From Desulfomicrobium sp. (GTDB lineage Bacteria; Desulfobacterota; Desulfovibrionia; Desulfovibrionales; Desulfomicrobiaceae): a DNA stretch of 64,000 nucleotides. Position numbers and translations under genes: made by a program. Under the pieces are notes generated by a model. It ran no database searches. It saw only the letters and a list, made by a program, of their open reading frames with translations, and was not told where the DNA came from. Positions 30,237 to 39,977 of this stretch are shown here, piece after piece. How positions within the stretch are numbered: the first letter of the stretch is position 1; every line of letters begins with the position of its first letter. The stretch spans positions 320,001-384,000 of the forward strand of contig JAXGMI010000001.1 of the NCBI GenBank assembly GCA_040768745.1, written 5' to 3'.

Positions 30237-30737
30237 TCATTCAAAACGGGTAATGGAGTTAATGGACACCTGGTCTGCGGGCGCGTGCTCATGATCGCCC
30301 TGAGCCTTGACCCGGACTTTCTCTATCTTTTTGATCACATCCATCCCGTCAATGACCTGGCCGAAAACACAATAGCCGAATTCGTCCTCGCCCTGATGGT
30401 CGAGGTCCGGATTGTCAACCGTATTGATGAAAAACTGGGCCGCAGCGCTGTGCGGATCGGCGCTGCGGGCCATGGCCACGCTGCCTTCCGTGTTCCTGAG
30501 GCCATTGGTGGCCTCGTTGGGGATGGGTGCCTTGGTTGGCTTTTCGCGCATCATGTTGTCCAGGCCGCCACCCTGGATCATGAACCCCTTGATGACCCTG
30601 TGAAAAAGAGTGCCTACATAAAAATGTTCATCCACGTAGCTCAAAAAATTGGCCACGGTCTGAGGAGCCTTGTCCGCAAACAGCTCAACCAGGAATTCCC
30701 CCTTGGTCGTGTCCACCAGGACCACCGGATTGCCCAT
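30237..30737 (-). CDS. Cyclophilin-type peptidyl-prolyl isomerase
   Basis: FHRVIKGFMIQGGG, AMAR..DPHSA..QFFIN and GYCVFGQV. Confidence 0.93.
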   Translation of the reverse strand: MGNPVVLVDTTKGEFLVELFADKAPQTVANFLSYVDEHFYVGTLFHRVIKGFMIQGGGLDNMMREKPTKAPIPNEATNGLRNTEGSVAMARSADPHSAAAQFFINTVDNPDLDHQGEDEFGYCVFGQVIDGMDVIKKIEKVRVKAQGDHEHAPADQVSINSITRFE

Positions 30738-31098
30738 GCCTTCCTCCGTGCAATGTTTCAAAATCGGAGCATGAAAATATACGGCTCCGCATCGTTTGGC
30801 AAACCCTTTGCCACAGGGTGGGCCGGCTGGTGGAGCGGATCAGGCACTGATGCACGTGGCAGTGACTGGAGACTTGCCAAACCCTGGGCATCCACCCCGA
30901 TCTCTGCGGGAAAACTGGATTTGCCCAAGCTTGCGGGTGCGTGCGCGAGCGTGCCGTGACCATTTTCTTTGCCGCCCCCGGGGGATACGCTCATGGCTGC
31001 GCAGGTGGCCCCTTCACGAAACCCGTCCACCGCGCACCTGGGCAGCGTGCAGCCAGCACTCCGAAAGGACTACCGGGTAATATCCCCCCGACAGCACG

Positions 31099-32061
31099 TC
31101 AATCAGAACCCGCGTCGTACCGGCCCAAGTCCAACCCTTCCCTGCCGGATCTGTCGCAAAGGCCACCCCGGCCGCGCCCGTCGAAGGAGGCGCGATCCTC
31201 CTTCGGCTCGACATGAATGGTGACCTGGACCTGGGGCCACAACCTTTCGACTTCATCCTCGATCCGGCAGCATAAATCATGGGACTGCTTGACCGTCATG
31301 GTCCCTGGAACCAGAAGGTGGAAATCCACGAACCGCAACGATCCGGACTTGCGCGTACGCAGGGCGTGGTAGCCTGAGCCACTCCCCCCGACGCGGACAA
31401 TGATTTCCGTGATGCGATCGATTTCCCCGGGTGGGAACCCTTCATCCATGAGTCCGGCCACAGATCTGCGCAGGAGCTCGATCCCAGTCCTGGCGATATG
31501 CGCGGACATGACGAAGCCCAGAATGGGATCCAGGATCTGCCAGGACGGGGGAGCAAACATCATGATGAACAGCGCCGCCACCAGGCCGGACGAGGTCCAG
31601 ACATCGGTCAGCAGGTGTTTCGCGTCTGCCTCCAGCACGATATTGTCGTATTCCCGGGCCGCTCGAAGCATTGCCAACGACGTGCCGAGGTTGACCCCCC
31701 CTGCGACCAATGCCACACAGAGGCCCAACCCCAGGGATTCGATGGGCTGCGGATGCAGGAAGCGCTGCACCGATGCGTATGCTATGCCGATGGCAGCACA
31801 GCAGACCAGCGCCCCCTCGGCGCCACTGGAAAAATACTCGACCTTGCCATGGCCGTAGGCATGGCAGTCATCGGCCGGACGCTGCGCATGGACTATGGCC
31901 ATAAGGGCAATGATCCCGGCCGTCAGGTTGACCACAGACTCCACGGCATCGGAGAAAAGACCCACGGAGCCCGTCAGAAAAAAAGCCCCAAACTTGAGGG
32001 CCATGGTCAACAGGGACGCGGCAATGGAAAGGTAGGCGTATTTCCGGGCGCGATGGGACAT
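31099..32061 (-). CDS. Cation diffusion facilitator (FieF-like)
   Basis: SDAVES, H.YGHGK.E, HLLTD and a C-terminal ZT_dimer domain with IHVEP. Confidence 0.92.
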   Translation of the reverse strand: MSHRARKYAYLSIAASLLTMALKFGAFFLTGSVGLFSDAVESVVNLTAGIIALMAIVHAQRPADDCHAYGHGKVEYFSSGAEGALVCCAAIGIAYASVQRFLHPQPIESLGLGLCVALVAGGVNLGTSLAMLRAAREYDNIVLEADAKHLLTDVWTSSGLVAALFIMMFAPPSWQILDPILGFVMSAHIARTGIELLRRSVAGLMDEGFPPGEIDRITEIIVRVGGSGSGYHALRTRKSGSLRFVDFHLLVPGTMTVKQSHDLCCRIEDEVERLWPQVQVTIHVEPKEDRASFDGRGRGGLCDRSGREGLDLGRYDAGSD

Positions 32062-32066
32062 GGGCT

Positions 32067-32417
32067 TCAGATCTCCGGAACTCCGGAGGGGATCAGGCAG
32101 ACAAAAGTCAAGGGATCACTCCCGGCATTGCGGATCTGATGCTCCTCTCCTCCGGGCACGAAAACCCCGTGCCCAGGTCCAACCGTGGCCCATTCCCCGG
32201 ACGAAAAAACTTCGCCCTGTCCGGCATGGAAGAAGATTTCATGTTCCCAGGCATGGGTGTGGCGCGGCGTGTAACCGCCTGGAGCCAGGTCGAAGCGGCG
32301 CATGCAGAAATTCCTGGCTCCATCGGCCTGCCCGATGATGACCCGACCAGTCACACCTTTGGCCGCCCCCGAATCATAATGCACGGCGTCAATTGCCTCT
32401 GAATGCACGTTTTTCAC
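32067..32417 (-). CDS. Cupin domain protein
   Basis: HTHAWEHE...EEHQ cupin motif; GTG start after GAAGGAGG. Confidence 0.88.
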   Translation of the reverse strand: MKNVHSEAIDAVHYDSGAAKGVTGRVIIGQADGARNFCMRRFDLAPGGYTPRHTHAWEHEIFFHAGQGEVFSSGEWATVGPGHGVFVPGGEEHQIRNAGSDPLTFVCLIPSGVPEI

Positions 32418-32441
32418 CGTCCCCTCCTTCAATGTAACAGG

Positions 32442-33020
32442 TCAATAATTCCAGACATCGAAAAAATTGAACCCTATCAACACATGCACATCCTTGCGGA
32501 CCGCAAAAAAAACACTCCCCCGGACAGGGCAGAAGGAGAACGTGCCGTTGTCGAGCATCCAGAAATCATCCTTTTTGTCGTGCACAATGGCAAACGAATG
32601 CCGCCTGCCTGCGAATTGCACCGAAACCACCCCCAGGGCGTCGTCAGGAAATCCCGCGTCGCGCAGACGGTGCATGATGGCGATGGACTGATCCAGGCTT
32701 ATTCCCTTTCCTTTGTCCAAAGTCACCGACGAAGGTCGCCACAGGTCTCCGAGTTCATGCTTGATTTCTAGCAGGGTCCGGCGATGAATCCTGTGCATGA
32801 GGGACAGATCCACGGACCCCTTGTCCGTCTTCACAGGCCTGTCATTTTCAAAGGTCATGGATTCCATCTGGGTTTTTTGCCAGGCGCAGACATCGTCATA
32901 CAGGGGGCTGTTGCGAACCCTTTCGTTCTTTATCAAAGCCTTCTTTCCAGGTTTCAGGGCGTAGAGCGTACTCCTCAGCTTGGAGAGCACGTAGCCCGAC
33001 CAGTATGTCACTGCATTCAT
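32442..33020 (-). CDS. Transglutaminase-like (BTLCP/LapG, peptidase C93) homologue with Ser at the catalytic Cys position
   Basis: DLW.PS.VTL.KG.GISLDQSIA...L..AG.P...L...V......H....V......MLDN...R.D.....FN parallels the BTLCP pattern DYW.TP.E.L..G.GDCEDYAIA...H.VL...LDN. Confidence 0.55.
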   Translation of the reverse strand: MNAVTYWSGYVLSKLRSTLYALKPGKKALIKNERVRNSPLYDDVCAWQKTQMESMTFENDRPVKTDKGSVDLSLMHRIHRRTLLEIKHELGDLWRPSSVTLDKGKGISLDQSIAIMHRLRDAGFPDDALGVVSVQFAGRRHSFAIVHDKKDDFWMLDNGTFSFCPVRGSVFFAVRKDVHVLIGFNFFDVWNY

Positions 33021-33273
33021 GCTTCACTCCTTCATGTGGCCGAAGCGCCCTTATTCAAGACCATCTTCGTGTTTGTCAATTTACGGGATGCACCAGCCCA
33101 TGTGCTCGTCACATTGACAAAACTGATGGTCCTTCATTACTGGTCGGTCAGTCAATCTGGACAACGCAGCCTGCCCATCCTGGCTTGCACCGTTCTGCCT
33201 GAGCTCCTTTCCTCCCCATCGAATATCTTGCCAAAAACGCCTTTTCTTCACCGCAACGCGCAAAAGGAACGAC

Positions 33274-33867
33274 ATGGCCCCAACACCCACCAAAAAAGAA
33301 CTCCTGCTCAAAGCGGCCAAGGAGCTTTTCGGCGAATACGGCTATGCCGAAACCACGTTCAAAAAAATATCCGAGCGGGCCGGAGTGGCCCTGGGACTGC
33401 TCACCCACCATTTCGGAAACAAGGAAAAACTCTTTCTGACTGCCGGCCTGGATGTGTTGCACGAACTGATCCGGACCATCCAGACCACTGTGCAGGACAC
33501 GCCCAACGGCCTGGAAGCGGTCCGCGCGTTCTGCACGTCATATTTCGATTTTGCCCGGGACCCCGGCAAAGATTTCATGGTGTTGATCCGTTGCTCCCCA
33601 TTCAGCGACCTGAAAGCCATCTCCGACAAGGAACTCATGGTCAGCACCTTCTCGAAGCTCTACTACATTCTGATCGCATGTGTCACCCGGGGCATAAAGG
33701 ACGGCAGCATCCGCCGGATGGACCCCAAGAAGACAGCCGTTGTCGTCTTCTGTACTCTTGTGGGGGGCATCAGGCACGGCTTCCTGACCGCCTACGGAGA
33801 CGATTCCATGTTTGATGATATCGTCGCCTTTCTCGTCGGCGGCCTCAAGCCCACACCCGGGTCGTAA
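33274..33867 (+). CDS. TetR/AcrR family regulator
   Basis: N-terminal HTH: AKELF.EYGY..TT...I.ERAGV..G....HFGNKE.L. Confidence 0.92.
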   Translation: MAPTPTKKELLLKAAKELFGEYGYAETTFKKISERAGVALGLLTHHFGNKEKLFLTAGLDVLHELIRTIQTTVQDTPNGLEAVRAFCTSYFDFARDPGKDFMVLIRCSPFSDLKAISDKELMVSTFSKLYYILIACVTRGIKDGSIRRMDPKKTAVVVFCTLVGGIRHGFLTAYGDDSMFDDIVAFLVGGLKPTPGS

Positions 33868-33976
33868 GCCTTTTTTCGCTGGCCGTTTTTCCCGCTCTGG
33901 GATAACGATCGAGAATGTGAAAGCAGTTCAGGCCGGATCTCTCTCCCATGCAGATCTGGCCAATTCCGGAGACCCT

Positions 33977-34315
33977 ATGCAGAACAAGCGGAAGTGGCCC
34001 CGTATAGCCTGTCTCGAACGCTGCAACGTGCAGCCCACCGACCGAGACAGCCAAATGCGTCCGGCGCGCATACTGAACTACAGCGCAACCGGTGTCATGC
34101 TGGAAACCGACATCGCACTGGCGGTCGAGGAATTGGTCAAGATACACCTCGTCGACGAGCCTGACGACGATCTTCTCAGAGGCATCGAAAAACGGGTCGG
34201 CAAGGTGTGCTGGTGCTCCATGCACGCCGACAGCTTCTCTGGCATGTTTCTGGTCGGCATTGAGATCGTCCGCGGACTGTCCGAAGACATGGGCTGGGGT
34301 CTTGCCCCGCTCTGA
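33977..34315 (+). CDS. PilZ domain protein
   Basis: RKWPR (RxxxR) and NYSATG ([D/N]xSxxG) motifs, G.V.W and GIE; GGAG RBS before ATG 33977. Confidence 0.8.
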   Translation: MQNKRKWPRIACLERCNVQPTDRDSQMRPARILNYSATGVMLETDIALAVEELVKIHLVDEPDDDLLRGIEKRVGKVCWCSMHADSFSGMFLVGIEIVRGLSEDMGWGLAPL

Positions 34316-34670
34316 CCCGCCTGGCGCCTCCGCGCAAAACCCGCGCGCTGCACCCCCAGACGCCCTCACGAGGCGAATTCGTTGCGAACGGGCAGCCCCC
34401 TTTGGCAGCCACACTGAACCCGGCCGCATCCCTGCGCCTTTGCATTGCTCTGCGGAGTTCCTCGTCGTCAATTCAGAAGATGAATCTCCCGACCCCTCGA
34501 GGGTTGCCCCCCCCAAACTAAAACTTGAGCCCGACGCCATACGTGGCTATGGAGGTACAACATTTTCCAGGTCGCAGTGCGGGTGAGCCATCTGCCCCTT
34601 GGCTCTTATTGAGGATGAGTGCGCGGCAAAATTGACTGCAAAGGCCAACCACAAAAATCTCCAAGGAATT

Positions 34671-36086
34671 ATGCAAAAAAACAGACGCATCGCCCACCAT
34701 CGACCGTATCGCAACGCTGCCAGGCGAAGACCGGCTTCGCCCAGACTGATCCTGTTCCTGCTGGTTTTCCTTGGGATAGCCTCCGTCGGGTCAGTCTTCC
34801 TCTTCAATTTCCTTTCTCCCGACGAAATCCAGTCCAGCATTGACCGGGCCGCCCTGGAAATGGCTGCACGCCATGAATACCATTATGCCGATCCCATTGC
34901 GGAAGCTGATCCGGAGCCCCAGGACGTTGAACAGGAAGAAGAATTGCCTGTGGCCGAAGCGCCCATGGAACCTGAGATCACCCGCATGACCGGGTTCATC
35001 CAGAAAGGAGATACCCCGAGCACCCTCCTGGAAGGGCATCTGAGCATGGCGGAGATCTACTCCCTGTGCGACGAAAGCAAGGACGTCTATTCCTTGGACA
35101 ACCTCAAGGCTGGGCAATCCTGGACCATGATCTACTCAGACAACGCCCTGGTTGGTCTGGAGTACGAAATCGATGCCGACGAACGCCTGGTCGTATCCAT
35201 GACCGATTCAGGCTACGAATTCCGCCGTGAATCCATTCCGTACGACATGGAGGTCGTCACCGTCACGGGCAGCATTGAGAGCAGTTTGTTCGGGGCTGTG
35301 CTGAAGCAGGGAGAGAACGAAGACCTGGCCATCCGTCTCGCCAGCGTCTTTGCCTATGACGTGGACTTCGTGCGGGACCTGCGCACCGAGGACACCTTCA
35401 GAGTCATCATCGAGAAAAAATTCCGTGAAGGCACGTTCTTCGACTATGGCAATCTCCTCGCCGCCAGCTTCACCAACCAGGGGCAGACCTATTACGCCTA
35501 CCGCTACACGGACAAGAAAGGGAACTCCGCCTATTACGATCAGACCGGCCGTCCTCTGCGCAAGGCCTTTCTCAAATCCCCCCTGCCTTTCACGCGTATT
35601 TCTTCCGGCTATTCCATGAGTCGCATGCACCCCATCCTGAAATACAGGCGGCCCCACCAGGGCATAGACTACGCCGCCCCGACAGGCACTCCCATCAGCT
35701 CCGTGGCCGATGGTCTGATCGCGGAGGTGGGCTCCAACAACTCCCAGGGCCGATATGTCCGGGTCACGCACAGCAATGGGCTTGAAACAATCTACAATCA
35801 CATGAGCAAATTCTCCGCCAATTCCAAGAAGGGGGCCAAAGTCAAACAGGGTGCTGTCATCGGCTATGTCGGCAGCACCGGCTACGCGACAGGACCTCAC
35901 TTAGATTTCCGGATGAGGCAGAACGGTCAGTTCATCAACCCGCTCAAACTCAAAAGCCTCCCTGCAGAGCCCGTTCCGGCAAGGGAAATGCCAAACTTCA
36001 GGGCCACCATCGCGAATTTCAAGGCCAAGCTCGAGGAACCCATCCGGGCCGCATCCCTGGATACGTCTGCGAAGCCCCGGCAATAG
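34671..36086 (+). CDS. M23 family metallopeptidase (MepM/Csd3-like)
   Basis: N-terminal TM, HQGID (HxxxD), YNHM and GPHLDF (second His of HxH replaced by Asp). Confidence 0.9.
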   Translation: MQKNRRIAHHRPYRNAARRRPASPRLILFLLVFLGIASVGSVFLFNFLSPDEIQSSIDRAALEMAARHEYHYADPIAEADPEPQDVEQEEELPVAEAPMEPEITRMTGFIQKGDTPSTLLEGHLSMAEIYSLCDESKDVYSLDNLKAGQSWTMIYSDNALVGLEYEIDADERLVVSMTDSGYEFRRESIPYDMEVVTVTGSIESSLFGAVLKQGENEDLAIRLASVFAYDVDFVRDLRTEDTFRVIIEKKFREGTFFDYGNLLAASFTNQGQTYYAYRYTDKKGNSAYYDQTGRPLRKAFLKSPLPFTRISSGYSMSRMHPILKYRRPHQGIDYAAPTGTPISSVADGLIAEVGSNNSQGRYVRVTHSNGLETIYNHMSKFSANSKKGAKVKQGAVIGYVGSTGYATGPHLDFRMRQNGQFINPLKLKSLPAEPVPAREMPNFRATIANFKAKLEEPIRAASLDTSAKPRQ

Positions 36087-36119
36087 ATCCTTCGGGTGCG
36101 CAGGGCGTGCCAGCCTGTT

Positions 36120-36875
36120 TTACAGCCCATCACACAGCCAGATCCTGGCCAGGCAGACCTCCTGGGCGTCCTGGGTCCGCTGCATATCCAAGCGAATGTC
36201 CCTTCCGTTTTCTGTGGCGTGCCGTACCTCCACTTCCTGGCCCGCGCTGACTTCCCGGACATGTCGTACACGCATTCCCCGCAGATTCTGCGGGTCTATG
36301 CCAGCCTGGGCCAGATGATCCACCATCCAATCTATATAACGCAGGTTGTTCATGTGTCCCAGGGCGTCAATCTCGCTGGCCTGGACCACGCGCGTCCTTG
36401 TCCATGGCCTGCCCGCAGGTTGTTCCAGTTCGGGCAAGGCCCCGGTAAAGACTGGCTGAGGAAGCTCGGCCCCATCCAGATTGAAAAACGAACCGGACTT
36501 GCGCGGGCGTCTGCTCTGCAGGTCAAATCCGAACCAGACGCTTGAACCCAGCGCGATGGTCTGACCATCCTGATCCATGATCCGGGTGTCGCGATGGCAC
36601 AGAATCCGCTCGGCATGCCTGGGCCAGGTCCGTACGGTAATGGTCTCGCCCAAGGTCGGGAAGCGGCGGACCTCCATGGTCTGCTCCCTCAATACCCAGG
36701 CCAGGCCCTGCTCGGCCAGATGATTGACCCCTACCCCCAGCAATGCGGCATGATGTTCCGCGGCCTCCTGGGCAAAGCGGCACAGGCTGGCCAAAGTAGC
36801 CATTCCCTGAATCCCGGTGTGGAAGAGGAGAACATTTTTCGTATAGTGGCAAACATACTGCCCTGGATCGTTCAT
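36120..36875 (-). CDS. Acyl-ACP thioesterase (double hotdog)
   Basis: QEAAEHHA..LG.G, WVL, P.LGE.I.V.TW and DALGHMNNLRY. Confidence 0.88.
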   Translation of the reverse strand: MNDPGQYVCHYTKNVLLFHTGIQGMATLASLCRFAQEAAEHHAALLGVGVNHLAEQGLAWVLREQTMEVRRFPTLGETITVRTWPRHAERILCHRDTRIMDQDGQTIALGSSVWFGFDLQSRRPRKSGSFFNLDGAELPQPVFTGALPELEQPAGRPWTRTRVVQASEIDALGHMNNLRYIDWMVDHLAQAGIDPQNLRGMRVRHVREVSAGQEVEVRHATENGRDIRLDMQRTQDAQEVCLARIWLCDGL

Positions 36876-37167
36876 AGGATGTCCCCGCTGCTGTGGTGCA
36901 TGTGTTCTGGGCGTAGCGGCTTCCACCCCGGACTGCAACCCGGTCTGTCCCCCGCGGCTGGAGCGAAGGCAGATGTGTTGTGCATCCTTGGCCGCAGGGC
37001 ATGCGCAGACCGCCCGGAGGGAGGCCCCAAATTTCCAATCGTTTGCCATGCGCTGGTTGCATGATGGGCCGATCGCGCTTAAAGGAAAAAAGGGAAGTTG
37101 CAATTCTTCTCCGCCGCGAAGGTGATCCACCGACCCGCAACGACATGCCAGTTCCAGGAGCAACCAC

Positions 37168-38088
37168 TTGGCCCATGCTTCAACCAATCAAATCGTTCTG
37201 ATCGTTGATGACGAACCTCTCAACATCCAGGCGCTGCAATCCGTTCTGGGGGGCGAGCACAAACTCCTCTTTGCGAACAGCGGAGAAATGGCCCTTGAAA
37301 TGGTGCGGCAATCCCCCCAGCCGGACCTTATTCTCCTGGATATCGTTCTTCCCGACATGGACGGTTTCCAAGTCTGCACCAAGCTCAAAGATGACGACAA
37401 AACGCGGCACATTCCAATTGTCTTCCTGACCTCCAAATGGGAAGCGAGCGAGGAGGCCAGAGGTCTTGAGCTCGGTGCGGTGGACTATATCCGCAAGCCC
37501 TTCAGCCCCCCCATCATTCGAGCCCGCATCCGCAATCATCTCGAGCTGAAAAAAAACAGAGACCTTCTTAAAAATCTGTCCTCCTTGGATGCCCTGACGA
37601 ATATTCCCAATCGGCGAAGGTTCGAGGAAATTTTTGCCCACGAATGGCACCGTGCGGCCCGCACGAAGCATCCACTGTCTCTTTTGTTCATTGATATCGA
37701 TCAGTTCAAAAGGTATAATGATTTATATGGGCATCTGGCCGGGGATGACTGCCTCAAGGTCGTCAGCCGCACCCTGCAGTCCGCCCTCGGGCGAACGGCA
37801 GACTTCCTGGCCAGGTTTGGGGGCGAGGAGTTCATCATTCTCCTTCCGGACACGGGAGAGTCTGGCTGCCGGCATCTGGCCGAAAACATTCGCAGCGCAG
37901 TCGAAGGTCTGCGCTTGGCCCATGGGGATTCCCCGGTCTCCCCGTATGTCACCGTATCCATTGGCGCCGTGACCTGTGCCAATGTCTTGTTCTGCGACCG
38001 CAACATGCTTCTCGAAAATGCTGACGCACTTCTCTACAAAGCCAAGCACGAGGGCAGAAACTGTGTCCGCATGCAAACCCTGCCCTGA
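37168..38088 (+). CDS. Response-regulator diguanylate cyclase (REC-GGDEF)
   Basis: Intact REC (VDDE, LLD, KP); DALT..PNRR, DIDQFK.YND.YGH, RxxD I-site (RTAD) and GGEEF. Confidence 0.95.
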   Translation: MAHASTNQIVLIVDDEPLNIQALQSVLGGEHKLLFANSGEMALEMVRQSPQPDLILLDIVLPDMDGFQVCTKLKDDDKTRHIPIVFLTSKWEASEEARGLELGAVDYIRKPFSPPIIRARIRNHLELKKNRDLLKNLSSLDALTNIPNRRRFEEIFAHEWHRAARTKHPLSLLFIDIDQFKRYNDLYGHLAGDDCLKVVSRTLQSALGRTADFLARFGGEEFIILLPDTGESGCRHLAENIRSAVEGLRLAHGDSPVSPYVTVSIGAVTCANVLFCDRNMLLENADALLYKAKHEGRNCVRMQTLP

Positions 38089-38147
38089 GCAGGGACGGCT
38101 GTTATGCCCTTTTTATCCATAACTCCATATCCCGAAAGGAGAACTCC

Positions 38148-38669
38148 ATGAAACTGAAAGGCAAACGCTTTGTGATCCTGGTGGACACTCAGTTCAACGA
38201 CCACGAATTCTGGTATCCGTTCTATCGCCTCAAGGAAGAAGGGGTTGAAGTGGTTGTCGTGGGCACCAAGTCCGGCCAGACCTATGTGGGCAAATTCGGA
38301 ACTGAATTCAAGGCACACAAGGCCCCCGGAGAAATCAATGTCTCGGATTTTGAAGGAATCATTATCCCAGGAGGATACGCACCGGATCACATGCGCAGGG
38401 ATCAGAACATGGTCAGTTTGGTCCGGGCCTTTGACCAGCATGAAAAAATCGTGACAGCCATCTGCCACGCTGGATGGATGCTTGTTTCCGCAGGCATCCT
38501 GAAGGGAAGGGCCGTCACATCCTTTTTTGCCATCAAGGATGATCTCATCAACGCAGGGGCAAAATGGCAGGATAATGAGGTTGTGGTGGACAAGAACCTG
38601 ATCACAAGCCGCACTCCGGATGATCTGCCGGCTTTCATGCGGACCATTATTGCGGCATGCAAAGGCTGA
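38148..38669 (+). CDS. DJ-1/PfpI family protein
   Basis: IPGGYAPD, AICHAGW and TSRTPDDLPAF. Confidence 0.93.
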   Translation: MKLKGKRFVILVDTQFNDHEFWYPFYRLKEEGVEVVVVGTKSGQTYVGKFGTEFKAHKAPGEINVSDFEGIIIPGGYAPDHMRRDQNMVSLVRAFDQHEKIVTAICHAGWMLVSAGILKGRAVTSFFAIKDDLINAGAKWQDNEVVVDKNLITSRTPDDLPAFMRTIIAACKG

Positions 38670-38718
38670 TACGGTCGAGACTTTCGCTTTTCGAGGGCAT
38701 CCCCTGAATCGAACCAAA

Positions 38719-38776
38719 CATGGCCGCAGATCTGCTTGACCTGGGTTTTCCCGGGTCAGTCATCCCTGCGGCCATG
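38719..38776 (+). other. Intergenic stem-loop
   Basis: CATGGCCGCAG/CTGCGGCCATG (11 bp), 7x7 internal loop, TGACCTGGG/CCCGGGTCA (9 bp, one U-G), TTTT loop. Confidence 0.6.
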
Positions 38777-39030
38777 ATCCCGCCCCCTTTATCGGCAGAT
38801 CACACGGAACAGGAAGAGGGTGGCAATGGTCGCTGCCCCTGTTTTGCGATCCCCTTTCCAGCGCAAATGGAAGACGGATTGAACCTGGCTGGAATGGCCA
38901 AGGGCGGCCCATCTAGGCGTACGACTGCCAATCATTACGGAAATGAAAGGAGCCCGGCATCCTGTCTGCCGAGCACAGGCAGCCCGCCGTCCTGTGCTGT
39001 AAAAGTCCATTCCGAAAACGCAGGAAGCGG

Positions 39031-39933
39031 CTAGGTCCTGCTCGAAATCTGCCGGGAAATCTCGTGGAAAAGCTCCTGCTCCCTGACCACGCCGATGATT
39101 TTGCCTTCCCTTTCCACAGCCACCCGCCGGCGATTTTCCTCGCACAACAGATAGGCCACCTGCATCAGGCTCTCCGAAAAGTTCACCACCGGCGGCCTGG
39201 GATTCATGATCTCGCCCACATGTCTGGATTCCAGGGCCTTGACCTGGTAATTGAACAGGCCAGACCAGAACAGACTGGAATACTTCAACCCCAATGGCAG
39301 CGGGCCGTGTTGTGTCTTCAGATATTCGGGCAATATGGCCTGAATAAGATTGCGCATGGTCAACACGCCGACAAGCTCCTGTCCATCGAAGACAAGAAGG
39401 GCTCGATGTCCGGACTCCATGATCAGGCCTGAGGAAATGAAGCTCTCGGATGCGAGCTTGAGCTTTGCGATCCCTTCCCGCACCGTGTTCGAAGACTGAA
39501 CACAGGTGTATTCGTCAATGGGGATCATGATCTCGATGATGGTCTTTTCACGCTCCAGCCCGTTTCTGCCAATGCCCACGGCTTCGTGAATGCGGGAGGC
39601 CAGTATGTGCACGTCACAGGGTTTGCACAGATAATCGAAAGCCCCTGACTCCAAAGCCTTGCGCGCGGCAGTCTGATCGCCATGACCTGTCAGGACAATC
39701 ACTTTGCATCCGGGCTTCATGGCCAGGATACGCGGCAGCGCTTCGTCCCCGTTCAAACCCGGCATTTTGACATCCAGCAGGACAACCTCAGGGCTGACTG
39801 TCTGCAGGAGATCCAGAACCTCTTCGCCATTCTTGGCCAGGGAAACCACAAAGCCTCTGTGTTGCAAAATCTTGGCTGTGTTCTCCCGAAAACGGGCTTC
39901 ATCATCTGCGACAACAACATGCGGTCTGCTCAA
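39031..39933 (-). CDS. Response regulator with CBS-pair output
   Basis: REC (ADDE, LLDVKMP, LTGHG, KP) followed by CBS repeats (IMIP, ELVGVLT, VGEIM, IIGVV). Confidence 0.88.
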   Translation of the reverse strand: MSRPHVVVADDEARFRENTAKILQHRGFVVSLAKNGEEVLDLLQTVSPEVVLLDVKMPGLNGDEALPRILAMKPGCKVIVLTGHGDQTAARKALESGAFDYLCKPCDVHILASRIHEAVGIGRNGLEREKTIIEIMIPIDEYTCVQSSNTVREGIAKLKLASESFISSGLIMESGHRALLVFDGQELVGVLTMRNLIQAILPEYLKTQHGPLPLGLKYSSLFWSGLFNYQVKALESRHVGEIMNPRPPVVNFSESLMQVAYLLCEENRRRVAVEREGKIIGVVREQELFHEISRQISSRT

Positions 39934-39977
39934 CGTTACTCTCCTTCAACATTTCTTTTAAACGGCAATCCGAAACA

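Noticed and set aside
30795..30900. GGCAAACCC motif suggesting a c-di-GMP-I riboswitch
   Set aside because: No GNRA tetraloop or GACGCAAA/P2 elements, and it is on the wrong strand for the neighbouring genes.
34316..34670. 355-bp leader before the M23 peptidase as a possible riboswitch or ncRNA
   Set aside because: I could not match c-di-AMP or other known consensus elements; only short hairpins are present. An Infernal scan would settle it.
36905..36990. CCGGACTGCAACCCGG resembles a tRNA-Cys/Sec anticodon arm
   Set aside because: No T-loop (GTTCGA), acceptor stem or CCA, and the stem is mismatched.
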